A stretch of 39,505 nt of DNA from a virus (taxonomy: Duplodnaviria; Heunggongvirae; Uroviricota; Caudoviricetes), in the IMG/VR virus record IMGVR_UViG_3300032257_000002, positions 64,001 to 103,505 of that record. One strand, written 5' to 3'. The translations under genes and the position numbers were made by a program. Below, in pieces: positions 1 through 8,222 of this stretch (its first letter is position 1; each line of letters begins with the position of its first letter). Under the pieces are notes generated by a model. That model ran no database searches. It had not been told where the DNA came from and saw only the letters and a list, made by a program, of their open reading frames with translations.

Positions 1-216
1 GCTAGAGAAGAACTAGCAAATGATAGTGGTGTAACACTACCTAATACACTAACCGCTATGCAGATCGTAGAAGAGATGGGTAAAGTACAAAATGCTCAGG
101 AAGCTATAACTGACACAGAGGCTGAAGCAAAGGCTAAGCCGGAGTTCGGTAAAATAGAAGAACTAGAAAAAGCCTTCACTAAAGAAGAGCTGAAACAAAT
201 AAAAGAATGTAAGTAA
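1..216 (+). CDS. Partial ORF, C-terminal end of a large helical (probably virion) protein, ends ...KQIKECK*
   Basis: Frame 1 is open from base 1 to TAA at 214-216; same codon style as the downstream ORF; stop overlaps the AAGGA RBS of the next gene. Confidence 0.7.
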   Translation, partial: AREELANDSGVTLPNTLTAMQIVEEMGKVQNAQEAITDTEAEAKAKPEFGKIEELEKAFTKEELKQIKECK

Positions 217-224
217 GGATAGTC

Positions 225-3047
225 ATGGCATGTGAGTTTGAAGGTAAATTCGACGGAGAGAAGCTGGATAAAGCGAAGGAGCTGAAAGCTTTGTATGACG
301 CACAAGAATCACTACCTCGTATGTCTAAGAAGAAGAAAGCACAACAGGATATATATGCTGACGCGGCTATCAATCCCCTGAAGTATGCTGAGAAAGTCAT
401 AGAACAGTCTAATAGCGTGCTGTCTGCATGGATGGATATCCTAGGTGGATCGGTAATCCGAGTAGCTAGTCCGGCAATAAAGTCAGGACATAAAAAGCTA
501 GCTAAAGAAAGTGACTTCTATCGCGATACTATACATCTGATAAGAGAAGGATTCACTAGGTCTGGGATAGCTCAAAGAATGGCGTCTACACTAGATATAG
601 CTGGTGATGTCGATGAGAAGATGGTAAGTGATATGCTGCAACTACATCAAGAAGTAGTGAGTGAATCGCGTACATATTTAGAAGATCATCTGCCAAAGCT
701 AGAACGTAAGCTGGATGACATGTATCCTGATAAGAAAGACAGAATACTGCTGAATAGACTGTTCGGTAGAACTGGAATAGCTAACCTATATCATGTACCG
801 GAAGTCGCTATCGGTATCATCAACGGTAAGATGACAATAGATGAAGCACTAGCTATAGTAGAACCTCAGGTAAAACTAGATAAAGACGCTAATGAAAAAC
901 TAGATGATATAGTAGATGGATACCTGAACGGTGTGAATGAGACAGGATATACGAACCCTAGTTCTGCTAACCTAATAGACAAGAGGTACAAGACAATCGT
1001 AGCACTAAGAGCACTGAAGAAACTAGATGGTGCTGAGAAGATGCTAAAAGATATGGACCTAGAAACTAAGCAGGATCTGTATGCTAGGGTAACATCTATA
1101 CGTGCACTATCAGATGTAATAAATGAAAGACAGACAGATGAATATGGTAAACCACTAGATTCTGAGCATGGTGAATATAGAGAAGACTACGATGGTCATA
1201 TGATGAAAGATCTGTATGAAGGTAACTATGAGTATGTAATGGTAACTGAAGCAGAGATGAAAGCCGGAAAATACAAAGCTGATGATGGATGGAAAGTACT
1301 AGTTAAGCCTGATGCAAACAACGGTATAGTAGGATTCATGGCAAGAGAAGATATATCGTCGTCTAAAACTCCAGGAATAGGTCTAGAGGTGGATCGATTC
1401 AACAATGGATTCTACCTAGATATGGAAGACAGTAAAGCACTGACTAATAAGCTAGATGCTATGGCTAATGATAAAAAAAGAGAAGACTTTCTAAAGAAGA
1501 ACAATCTAGTAAAAGCTGGTCAGAGATATAGATTAAGACTATCAGAAAAGGTCAAGACAGAACAGCTCGGAATGAAGGAATCACTAGCTCATACATTAAT
1601 GAGAACATTCGTACATAACAAAGAGCTGATAGAGATGCAATCGGTACGTGATATAGTAATGGATAAAGCGACAGAGACAATAAAAAATGAGGATGAACTA
1701 GCGAGGTTTAATAGAAAGCTGGGTGTAGAAGAAAGAAAGCATGCAGCAGAGCGAAAGCCAATGCCTATGTTCATAAAGCTGGATATGGAATATGATTCAT
1801 ATGACGAACTGCCGGCGTGGGTAAAGCGTAGATATACTCCTGCTACTGGACTAAGTACACTCAATGGATTCAACAAGCGAATATCACTGGTCAGGAAGTC
1901 TAGAGAAGATGAACTACTAGGTCATCCTAACTTCTCGATAGTAGGTAAGAATGCTCCTAGAAGTGTAGCAAGATTAGAAAGATACTGGAAAGAACTAGTT
2001 GTAATGGCTAAACAGAAAATGGTAATTCTCGATCCGGGAAAACTAGCTAAGGATGCCGTAAGTAATGTAGGTCTACTAGCGATAAAAGACGTAGGTGTGA
2101 TAGATATGGCTAGAGGATTTACAGATGGTATGAGACTATATAAAGAATTCAGTGATCTGCGTACCGAGCTAGTGAATGAAAAACTAAAGATGAAAATGGG
2201 CGATGAGAAAGCTAAAAGTAGAATAACAATACTAAACAAAAAAATCAAAGAACATGGATTCTACGATTCGTTCAAAGCAGGATTCGTACAGTCGTATAGT
2301 ACAAGTCTAGTAGTAAAGGAATTCGATACGTTGAGTGGTCTACAGACTGATATAGATGCGCTGATAGATGGACTAACGAAGAGTAAAAAAGGTGATCCTA
2401 ATATAGCGTTTGAAGCTATAAAAAAATGGCAAAAATTCGGATCAGAAAAAGGGTTCAATATCGATGGTCTGTTGAAGAGTGCTAGTAAGCTGAGTAAGGT
2501 GAATGGTACTGCTATGGGTGAAGAGATGATGAATATGGCTGAGAGAATGGAAAGAAATAGGAAAGATCCTGAGAGTGTGGCGAGGTACATAAATGAGCTG
2601 ATCGGGGGTCCTGCGAGTGAGGCTATCAGACTAGGTGGTGCAGTGATGGTAACTATGGATACACTAAGTAAGTATACACTAGCTACTACACTGGTGAAGA
2701 AGAAAAATATAAAGACTGGAAAACAGTATACAAAAGATGAAGCGTATACGGAAGCCAATAATACCTTCATCGACTATCGTAGAAATCTACCGAGAGAAGT
2801 AAAGGCATTAAGTGACTACGGAATACTAATGTTCCCATCGTTCTGGATTAAAGCGCAAAAAGTAATAGTAGGACTAGTTCACTACCATCCAAGTACTGCG
2901 ATAACATCATACATGATTGCGGATGCGCTAGACATAAGTAGTGCTACATTCCTGGATGTGAATATCATCAATAAGATAAGTGATGGTACGGTGATCAATG
3001 AGCCTACTAATTTAGTAGACTGGGGTGTCCTAAGCCATTACCTCTAA
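225..3047 (+). CDS. 940-aa virion-associated protein resembling the C-terminal domain of N4-like virion RNA polymerase
   Basis: Only one Cys (position 3); C-terminal TFIDYRRNLP...LSDYGILMFPSF resembles the recalled N4 vRNAP tail (FVNYDRLP...MESMGLMWF); opposite strand to replication genes; no RNAP catalytic motifs in this ORF. Confidence 0.5.
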   Translation: MACEFEGKFDGEKLDKAKELKALYDAQESLPRMSKKKKAQQDIYADAAINPLKYAEKVIEQSNSVLSAWMDILGGSVIRVASPAIKSGHKKLAKESDFYRDTIHLIREGFTRSGIAQRMASTLDIAGDVDEKMVSDMLQLHQEVVSESRTYLEDHLPKLERKLDDMYPDKKDRILLNRLFGRTGIANLYHVPEVAIGIINGKMTIDEALAIVEPQVKLDKDANEKLDDIVDGYLNGVNETGYTNPSSANLIDKRYKTIVALRALKKLDGAEKMLKDMDLETKQDLYARVTSIRALSDVINERQTDEYGKPLDSEHGEYREDYDGHMMKDLYEGNYEYVMVTEAEMKAGKYKADDGWKVLVKPDANNGIVGFMAREDISSSKTPGIGLEVDRFNNGFYLDMEDSKALTNKLDAMANDKKREDFLKKNNLVKAGQRYRLRLSEKVKTEQLGMKESLAHTLMRTFVHNKELIEMQSVRDIVMDKATETIKNEDELARFNRKLGVEERKHAAERKPMPMFIKLDMEYDSYDELPAWVKRRYTPATGLSTLNGFNKRISLVRKSREDELLGHPNFSIVGKNAPRSVARLERYWKELVVMAKQKMVILDPGKLAKDAVSNVGLLAIKDVGVIDMARGFTDGMRLYKEFSDLRTELVNEKLKMKMGDEKAKSRITILNKKIKEHGFYDSFKAGFVQSYSTSLVVKEFDTLSGLQTDIDALIDGLTKSKKGDPNIAFEAIKKWQKFGSEKGFNIDGLLKSASKLSKVNGTAMGEEMMNMAERMERNRKDPESVARYINELIGGPASEAIRLGGAVMVTMDTLSKYTLATTLVKKKNIKTGKQYTKDEAYTEANNTFIDYRRNLPREVKALSDYGILMFPSFWIKAQKVIVGLVHYHPSTAITSYMIADALDISSATFLDVNIINKISDGTVINEPTNLVDWGVLSHYL

Positions 3048-3205
3048 AGTGAGGAAGATGGCGGAGGATCTTCTGCTAAAGTCTTCAGCACTGTGTAAAC
3101 TGCAAACAAAACTACAAGCCCTACCAATACCCAAAATGCTGCATAGGCTACAACAAGAATAAGTACAAATAACATAGCTTGAGCTAGATATGTCAAGTTC
3201 TGCAC
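3044..3205 (-). CDS. 53-aa hydrophobic membrane protein (not in the ORF track)
   Basis: GTG at 3205 (or ATG 10 codons later) to TAG at 3044; MLFVLILVVAYAAFWVLVGLVVLFAVYTVL is a long hydrophobic run; fills the gap between two genes. Confidence 0.6.
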   Translation of the reverse strand: MQNLTYLAQAMLFVLILVVAYAAFWVLVGLVVLFAVYTVLKTLAEDPPPSSSL

Positions 3206-3209
3206 AGTG

Positions 3210-3635
3210 CTATCGCTCGTCTAAGATAGACTGTAGCTGTTCTTCAGGACCTTCGAAATTAGCAGGCTTTGTAAGTTTGCCGTGTTCGTCTTTAGGCATC
3301 TGAAGTTTAGCTAGGTTCGCATGCATGACAACGTTCAGTGCTTTAGTAGCCTGCTGTGGTGTGAGACCTAGCTTGAATATGGATCCGAATGCAAAGACTA
3401 TTTTATCAAGTGCCTTATCCAGACGATCTACGTCTTTAAGATTATAGTCGTTGTTCTTCAGATCTTGAAGAAGTTCACGAGCAAAAGTCTTGGCATCATA
3501 GTTACCAAGCAAGTCTTCGTGACCTTCAAGGGACTCTTCAATAGTGAAGGTGTCTTCTAGGAAGTCGGAGTAACCGTTCTCTAAAAGACCTGCTTCCTTA
3601 TTAAAGCGGTAGATTTCCTTAATAGGATTAGTCAT
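3210..3635 (-). CDS. MazG-like / PRA-PH family nucleoside triphosphate pyrophosphohydrolase
   Basis: EESLE ... DKALDKIVFAFG ... VMHANLAK ... DEHGKLTKP pattern typical of phage MazG-like proteins. Confidence 0.8.
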   Translation of the reverse strand: MTNPIKEIYRFNKEAGLLENGYSDFLEDTFTIEESLEGHEDLLGNYDAKTFARELLQDLKNNDYNLKDVDRLDKALDKIVFAFGSIFKLGLTPQQATKALNVVMHANLAKLQMPKDEHGKLTKPANFEGPEEQLQSILDER

Positions 3636-4038
3636 TGGTTACCTTTCGTGTTGGTATACTGCAAGATTCCAGAAAGTAAATACCTTCAGGTTCTTTGTAT
3701 AGTTCGGAGTATACTACTTCTGTAATACCTGACTGAGCTATAAGCTTGGCACAAGTCTTGCAAGGTGAGTGTGTGATATAGAGAGTAGCACCTTTAGTAG
3801 GGATACCTTCTCTAGCACAATATGTGATAACATTCTGTTCTGCATGAAGGGTGAACTCTGAAGTAGAGCCATCATCGCACTCACAAGTATTCGGCATACC
3901 AGAGATAGTGCCGTTGTATCCGATGTTCAGAATACGGCCTTCTTTGGCAAGTACGGCACCTACCTGTTTGCGTTTACAGTAAGACTGCTTAGCAAATGTG
4001 TAGGCTGTCTGTATCATAGCAGAGTCATACTTTGTCAT
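3628..4038 (-). CDS. dCMP deaminase
   Basis: CKRKQVGAV, GYNG, HAEQN and SPCKTC Zn motifs; likely start ATG 4038. Confidence 0.92.
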   Translation of the reverse strand: MTKYDSAMIQTAYTFAKQSYCKRKQVGAVLAKEGRILNIGYNGTISGMPNTCECDDGSTSEFTLHAEQNVITYCAREGIPTKGATLYITHSPCKTCAKLIAQSGITEVVYSELYKEPEGIYFLESCSIPTRKVTND

Positions 4039-5401
4039 TAGAAAATACCCTTTCTGCAAATTCGGCGATGTTAGAGCGAAGTATTCTGGTAAGCGGAGTT
4101 ACATGTAGACTCACATCATTGTAGGCTTTAGTACATGCGTCTAGCAGGATAGCTAAGCCGTTGTTGTACTTGCTGATGTACGGATTATCGATCTGTCGAT
4201 TAGAGCCTATGAGGATAATCTTTGAATCTTTTCCGAAACGTGTAAGTACTTTCTGCATAGACGACTTCGACATGTTTTGACACTCATCGATGATAGCAAC
4301 CATGTTGTCAAGCGTACGACCTCGCATACCTAGTGTGGTAGTGGTCTGGATGTTATACTTGTCAGTAAGTTCTTCGATCTGCGACTCTATGAAGTCTTCG
4401 TATTCACGGCCTTTAAGTTTTGAATCTTTGAAACGTGAACGTGCAATGTGGTTCAGAACGTCGTATACAGGAGTGAAGAATGGAGCCGTTTTCTCCTCGT
4501 TACCGCTACGAAAGCCGTTCTCTTCAGCTCTCTCAGCGTCATCAACAGATGTACGGATGTATAAGATACCGCCATATTCTTTGCGTTTGACTAACTGGAT
4601 TGCGTTAGAAAAGGCTGTGAGAGTCTTTCCTGTTCCCGCTGCAGCATCACAAACAACAATATCTACATTAGAATTTTGGATTGCGCGGGATAGGAATAAC
4701 TGTTCAGCATTTCGTGGAGCAGCGTCTTGTCGACGTAGCTCAGCTTCGGTTTCTTTGCCAAGTATGTCGATACAGTTGCTTCGAAGGTTTGCTAGCTTGA
4801 CTTGTGCGGTGGTGGAGTCGATGAACTTGTAGTTATAGTTTTCAGGACGATGATCTGGGACTACCTGTGTAATCACAGAATTGTGGAGTGTGGCAAATAC
4901 ATCTGAAGAAACAGAAACTTCGCGAACAAACTCAATAGGGCGATCTTCAACGATCTTTAAGTCAGTAACTTTAAGGCCGAAAGCTAGTGCACGTTTGTTA
5001 CACATAACATCGTTAGTCATAAAAGTTACGTCAAGACCTAGATTTGTGTAGTCTTGAGCAATTTGGATGATACGGCGATCATTGACAATGCTAACATCTA
5101 CGTTGCCGTAGTCTGGATAGTCACTGCGTGAGACTGTCTCTATTCGTACACCGTCTAAGTCACTAGGTATAACAGTGAGTTTCGCTGTACGTTCTATCGG
5201 TAGGTTAGTGGCTCGGGTTAAAATACGCCCCAGCTCACGGACTTGGAATTTAATTTCCGGATTAGTAGACGTCTTCTTACCATCGACTTCATCGAGAACC
5301 GTCTCAGGTAGAACTAATATGTAGTTCTGTCCTAAGGTACGGATGTTTTCAGCGTCGATGAGAAGGATATTAGTGTCTACAACTAAGTAGGGTTTTTTCA
5401 T
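4025..5401 (-). CDS. phoH: PIN-domain PhoH family ATPase (PhoH2-like)
   Basis: N-terminal VVDTNILL PIN motif and NDRRI; Walker A AAAGTGKT, IIDECQN, IGSNRQID. Confidence 0.88.
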   Translation of the reverse strand: MKKPYLVVDTNILLIDAENIRTLGQNYILVLPETVLDEVDGKKTSTNPEIKFQVRELGRILTRATNLPIERTAKLTVIPSDLDGVRIETVSRSDYPDYGNVDVSIVNDRRIIQIAQDYTNLGLDVTFMTNDVMCNKRALAFGLKVTDLKIVEDRPIEFVREVSVSSDVFATLHNSVITQVVPDHRPENYNYKFIDSTTAQVKLANLRSNCIDILGKETEAELRRQDAAPRNAEQLFLSRAIQNSNVDIVVCDAAAGTGKTLTAFSNAIQLVKRKEYGGILYIRTSVDDAERAEENGFRSGNEEKTAPFFTPVYDVLNHIARSRFKDSKLKGREYEDFIESQIEELTDKYNIQTTTTLGMRGRTLDNMVAIIDECQNMSKSSMQKVLTRFGKDSKIILIGSNRQIDNPYISKYNNGLAILLDACTKAYNDVSLHVTPLTRILRSNIAEFAERVFSNDKV

Positions 5402-5434
5402 TGGTTTCCTTTAATGATACCAAAAATTTTGTGG

Positions 5435-5641
5435 TTACTCAGAATCTACGGTAGCTCTACTGCGTGGTGCTTTGTGAGCGGACCAACGAGTTATTACTTC
5501 GTCTTTTCCGATCCACATATCTTTACCGTCAATGACTGATGCCATTTCTTCCTCTGTTAAGAAACCTAGGTAGAATGCTTTGAAAGCATCGTTTAGTGAT
5601 GAGTCCATAAACTCTTGACGAGCTTTCATTTCGTGACCTTT
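5435..5641 (-). CDS. clpP: ClpP-like serine protease, exon 2 (KGHEM...DSE*)
   Basis: In frame with exon 1 after intron removal; contains GKDMWI, the likely catalytic Asp region. Confidence 0.75.
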   Translation of the reverse strand, partial: KGHEMKARQEFMDSSLNDAFKAFYLGFLTEEEMASVIDGKDMWIGKDEVITRWSAHKAPRSRATVDSE

Positions 5642-5736
5642 CCTTGTGTTCAGAACTAGACGCAACTCTAGTTCCCGTGTTGTCGAAAGCTTTTTAAAAC
5701 AACACTGCTGCATGTTTCCATGCAGAGCAGACTATA

Positions 5737-6309
5737 TCAAGACCCTAAATTAATAGGGTCCTCACTATTTCCACTACCCTTGGCTTGTAGTGTACTTCCT
5801 TTCGGAATAGTCGTTAGGCTTTTATAATTTCCGTGTGATGGGTGAAATCCAAATCTAAGTTCGGCTTTACGCCTGCATGCTGCCGCTTCTTCTATAGTAT
5901 CAAAAACTCCTAAGTGAAGTTTCTTTCCATCAATGTTTATTCTAGCTCTCCAACGCTTACCATGAGCTGTTACACCATGATAGCCAGTAGAGCTGTTTTT
6001 ATAAATTGACTGATTTTTACTATTTAGAGAATCGTCAGCAAGTCTTAGATTTTCAATACGGTTATCAGTTCTGTTACGATTAATATGGTCAATATGTCTA
6101 GGAGGAAATTCTCCATAGATGTATAACCAAGCTAGACGGTGAGCATTGTAAGCTTTACCGCTAATTGTAATTCTGACATATCCGTTATTTGGTAGTTTAC
6201 CGGCTATGGTACCTGCCTCTTTATTTTTAAAAGACCCAGTAAGCCATGTAAATTTTCCAGTTATAGGATTGTATTGTAGTTTTTCTTGTAATTCAGTTTG
6301 TGTTAACAT
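5737..6309 (-). CDS. Intron-encoded HNH homing endonuclease with AP2-like DNA-binding domain
   Basis: AHRLAW..IDHINRNRTDNRIENLR; GVTAHGKRWRARI..LHLGVFDT..EAA; the 3-prime end overlaps the ribozyme core. Confidence 0.92.
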   Translation of the reverse strand: MLTQTELQEKLQYNPITGKFTWLTGSFKNKEAGTIAGKLPNNGYVRITISGKAYNAHRLAWLYIYGEFPPRHIDHINRNRTDNRIENLRLADDSLNSKNQSIYKNSSTGYHGVTAHGKRWRARINIDGKKLHLGVFDTIEEAAACRRKAELRFGFHPSHGNYKSLTTIPKGSTLQAKGSGNSEDPINLGS

Positions 6310-6327
6310 GTATATCCTTTTAAAAGT

Positions 6328-6350
6328 ATTATACTATGTCCTTTCTTAAA
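6328..6350 (-). promoter_or_regulatory. TTTAAG-N11-TATAAT promoter of the intron HNH gene
   Basis: Exact motif 19 nt upstream of ATG 6309; same spacing as five other copies. Confidence 0.7.
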
Positions 6351-6464
6351 TCACACTTAGAAATTAATTTAGCACGGTAGGTTACCTTCAGCATTACCTG
6401 GTCAGGCTTTCCCCGTTTAAGTGAGTTTAGGCATGGAATTACTTCCATGAATGGCTAAGAGTTA

Positions 6465-6839
6465 ACCCATCATACCTGCGGAGTAGTTGTGGATCATAAA
6501 TGAAGTGTGATCAGCTACTTCTAGTTTATCACAAGCTAATGCGATCATTGTACCGGCTGATGCTACAGTTCCTGATAAGTAGCCAGTGACTTTTGCTTTT
6601 GATGCTTTAATAGCGTCGATAATCATAAATGCGGAATCAACCATACCACCAGGTGTATTAAGATGGATAGTGAATGTGTCTCCACGTTCAGCTGTACGAA
6701 GCTCATGACATAGTTCATTGTAGTATGCAGGTTCTTCAATACCGTCTGTTAGGTAAGCGTCTGTGTGATGGCGATTGGTGATGATAGGTACTGTTTTTTC
6801 CCATGGTGAGTCTGATGGTTGTTGTAATTTAATGTCCAT
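6465..6839 (-). CDS. clpP: ClpP-like serine protease, exon 1
   Basis: HLNTPGG, TVASAG (catalytic Ser), FMIH (catalytic His); ends at GGT just before the intron. Confidence 0.85.
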
Positions 6840-7191
6840 TATTTTCCTTTGATAGTTGATTGATTAATAGGTCAAGATAATGTCGAGCTTTTTCTAGGTC
6901 TTGTATACCGTTCTTTTCTTTATAGCGAGTAACGTACTTGACAACGTTACCCTCACAAAACCCTAGATTGTTCTGGAATATGTACTCTATAGGTTGAATT
7001 TTCTGTGCGCTGTAGTGATCTCCGCCAACTTGCACGGTTAATGGATCTTCCTTAATAGGTGAGAATCCTGTACTTTTTAAAGAATCAATACTAATAGATG
7101 AAGCTTCATAGAATTTTTTGATTTCTTCATCAGATCCATAACGTCCTGTAACACCAAAGAATTCTTCTCTTTGGTTTTCGGTAACTTTCAT
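6829..7191 (-). CDS. DUF3310 / T7 gp1.7-like protein
   Basis: QVGGDHY..IQPIEY..GFCEGNVVKYVTRYKEKNGIQDLEKA; likely start ATG 7191. Confidence 0.85.
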   Translation of the reverse strand: MKVTENQREEFFGVTGRYGSDEEIKKFYEASSISIDSLKSTGFSPIKEDPLTVQVGGDHYSAQKIQPIEYIFQNNLGFCEGNVVKYVTRYKEKNGIQDLEKARHYLDLLINQLSKENNGH

Positions 7192-8213
7192 TAGGCATCC
7201 TTCCAAGCGTCAAAGTTTAGATTGTTAAAATCACCTTTGACTTCCTTAGTGTAGTCTGTAACACGGCCGGAGAAGAAATCGGTTTGAATGACTCCAACTA
7301 CGTCGTCCATGTACGGTAACGGATTTTTCAGAATGCCGTAATTGGCTTTCATACCTAGTAGCTTTAGTGCATTGTCTGCACAGTATTCTACGTAACGTTT
7401 AAGGTCGCTCTTAGATATATGTGGAGGATCTAGGTAATCAATAAGAGCATGCTCATACGCTACCATCTCTCGGATAGCTTCGTAGATTTCGAATTTTAAT
7501 TCGTCATCCCAGATGTCTAGATTCTCTGATATGAAGTCTCTAAATAGATGTGAGTTAGCTTCATTGTGAATAGCCTCTTCTTTTATGGAGAAGAGATTGA
7601 TGTCTGATAGGCCGGGATACTTGTTGTCGAACTGGTATTTAAGTAAGCCGGCAAACTGTGCCATTAACGAGATACCTTCAGCACCTCCACCGTAGACTGC
7701 TAGCATACGAGCTATTCCTTTGCGGTACTCTTTATGAGTGTCAGCATCGGATAAACCCATTGCTTTGTAGTCTTCAAATTTACGTACTTTAGCTTTATCT
7801 AGGTATTCTGTCTTCGTAGACATAACAGGTACTTCTAAAAAGTCTGTATATATGTTGTTTCCTAGACCAAGAGTTTCAGTAAATAGTGAGTAGTTCTCGA
7901 TGTGTGTGTACTCTCTAGCGTTAGCGGATGAGAGCCAAGCTAGCACTTCAGTGGGTTTGAAGATACGCATCATAGTTGCATATCCAGTTCCCACGATAAC
8001 TTCGTTTTCTGTGAATAGTCGCATTACTTCAGTGATGTAACGCTTCTCTTCGTCGGAAGCACGCTCATAGTCCTGTATGTCCTGCGAGAGAGAAATCTCA
8101 TCCGCAGTCCAATGTAGTCGATCATGCTTTTTGTAGTACTCCCAGAAATGGGGGTATTTGAAGCCTTTTGCGTCCTTAAAGACAGGCAAACCTTGAGTTT
8201 TAATTAAGCTCAT
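7191..8213 (-). CDS. nrdB: Class I ribonucleotide reductase beta subunit
   Basis: WTADEI, EYTHIENY (E115/H118/Y122 equivalents), AEG, EEAIH, DFFSGRVTDY. Confidence 0.93.
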   Translation of the reverse strand: MSLIKTQGLPVFKDAKGFKYPHFWEYYKKHDRLHWTADEISLSQDIQDYERASDEEKRYITEVMRLFTENEVIVGTGYATMMRIFKPTEVLAWLSSANAREYTHIENYSLFTETLGLGNNIYTDFLEVPVMSTKTEYLDKAKVRKFEDYKAMGLSDADTHKEYRKGIARMLAVYGGGAEGISLMAQFAGLLKYQFDNKYPGLSDINLFSIKEEAIHNEANSHLFRDFISENLDIWDDELKFEIYEAIREMVAYEHALIDYLDPPHISKSDLKRYVEYCADNALKLLGMKANYGILKNPLPYMDDVVGVIQTDFFSGRVTDYTKEVKGDFNNLNFDAWKDA

Positions 8214-8222
8214 GATAATCCT

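Larger units (their letters stand above)
5642..6464 (-). mobile_element. Group I intron (823 nt) in the clpP-like gene, encoding an HNH endonuclease
   Basis: P1 GGU|UAA-CUC-UUAGCC with U.G at the splice site; P3 CUCAC/GUGAG; P4 ACGGGGAAAG/CCUACCGUG; P7 GACUA/UAGUC; terminal G at 5642. Confidence 0.9.

Noticed and set aside
96-2770. Minus-strand ORFs under the 940-aa gene, and plus-strand ORFs under minus-strand genes (4290, 9013, 14613, 18185, 24868 and others)
   Set aside because: Antisense shadows of real genes with no RBS or motifs
5642-5713. ORF-track N-terminus MQQCC...NTR for the 5435 ORF, and TTG start 18637 for the 18182 ORF
   Set aside because: These are intron 3-prime sequences; the ORFs are second exons
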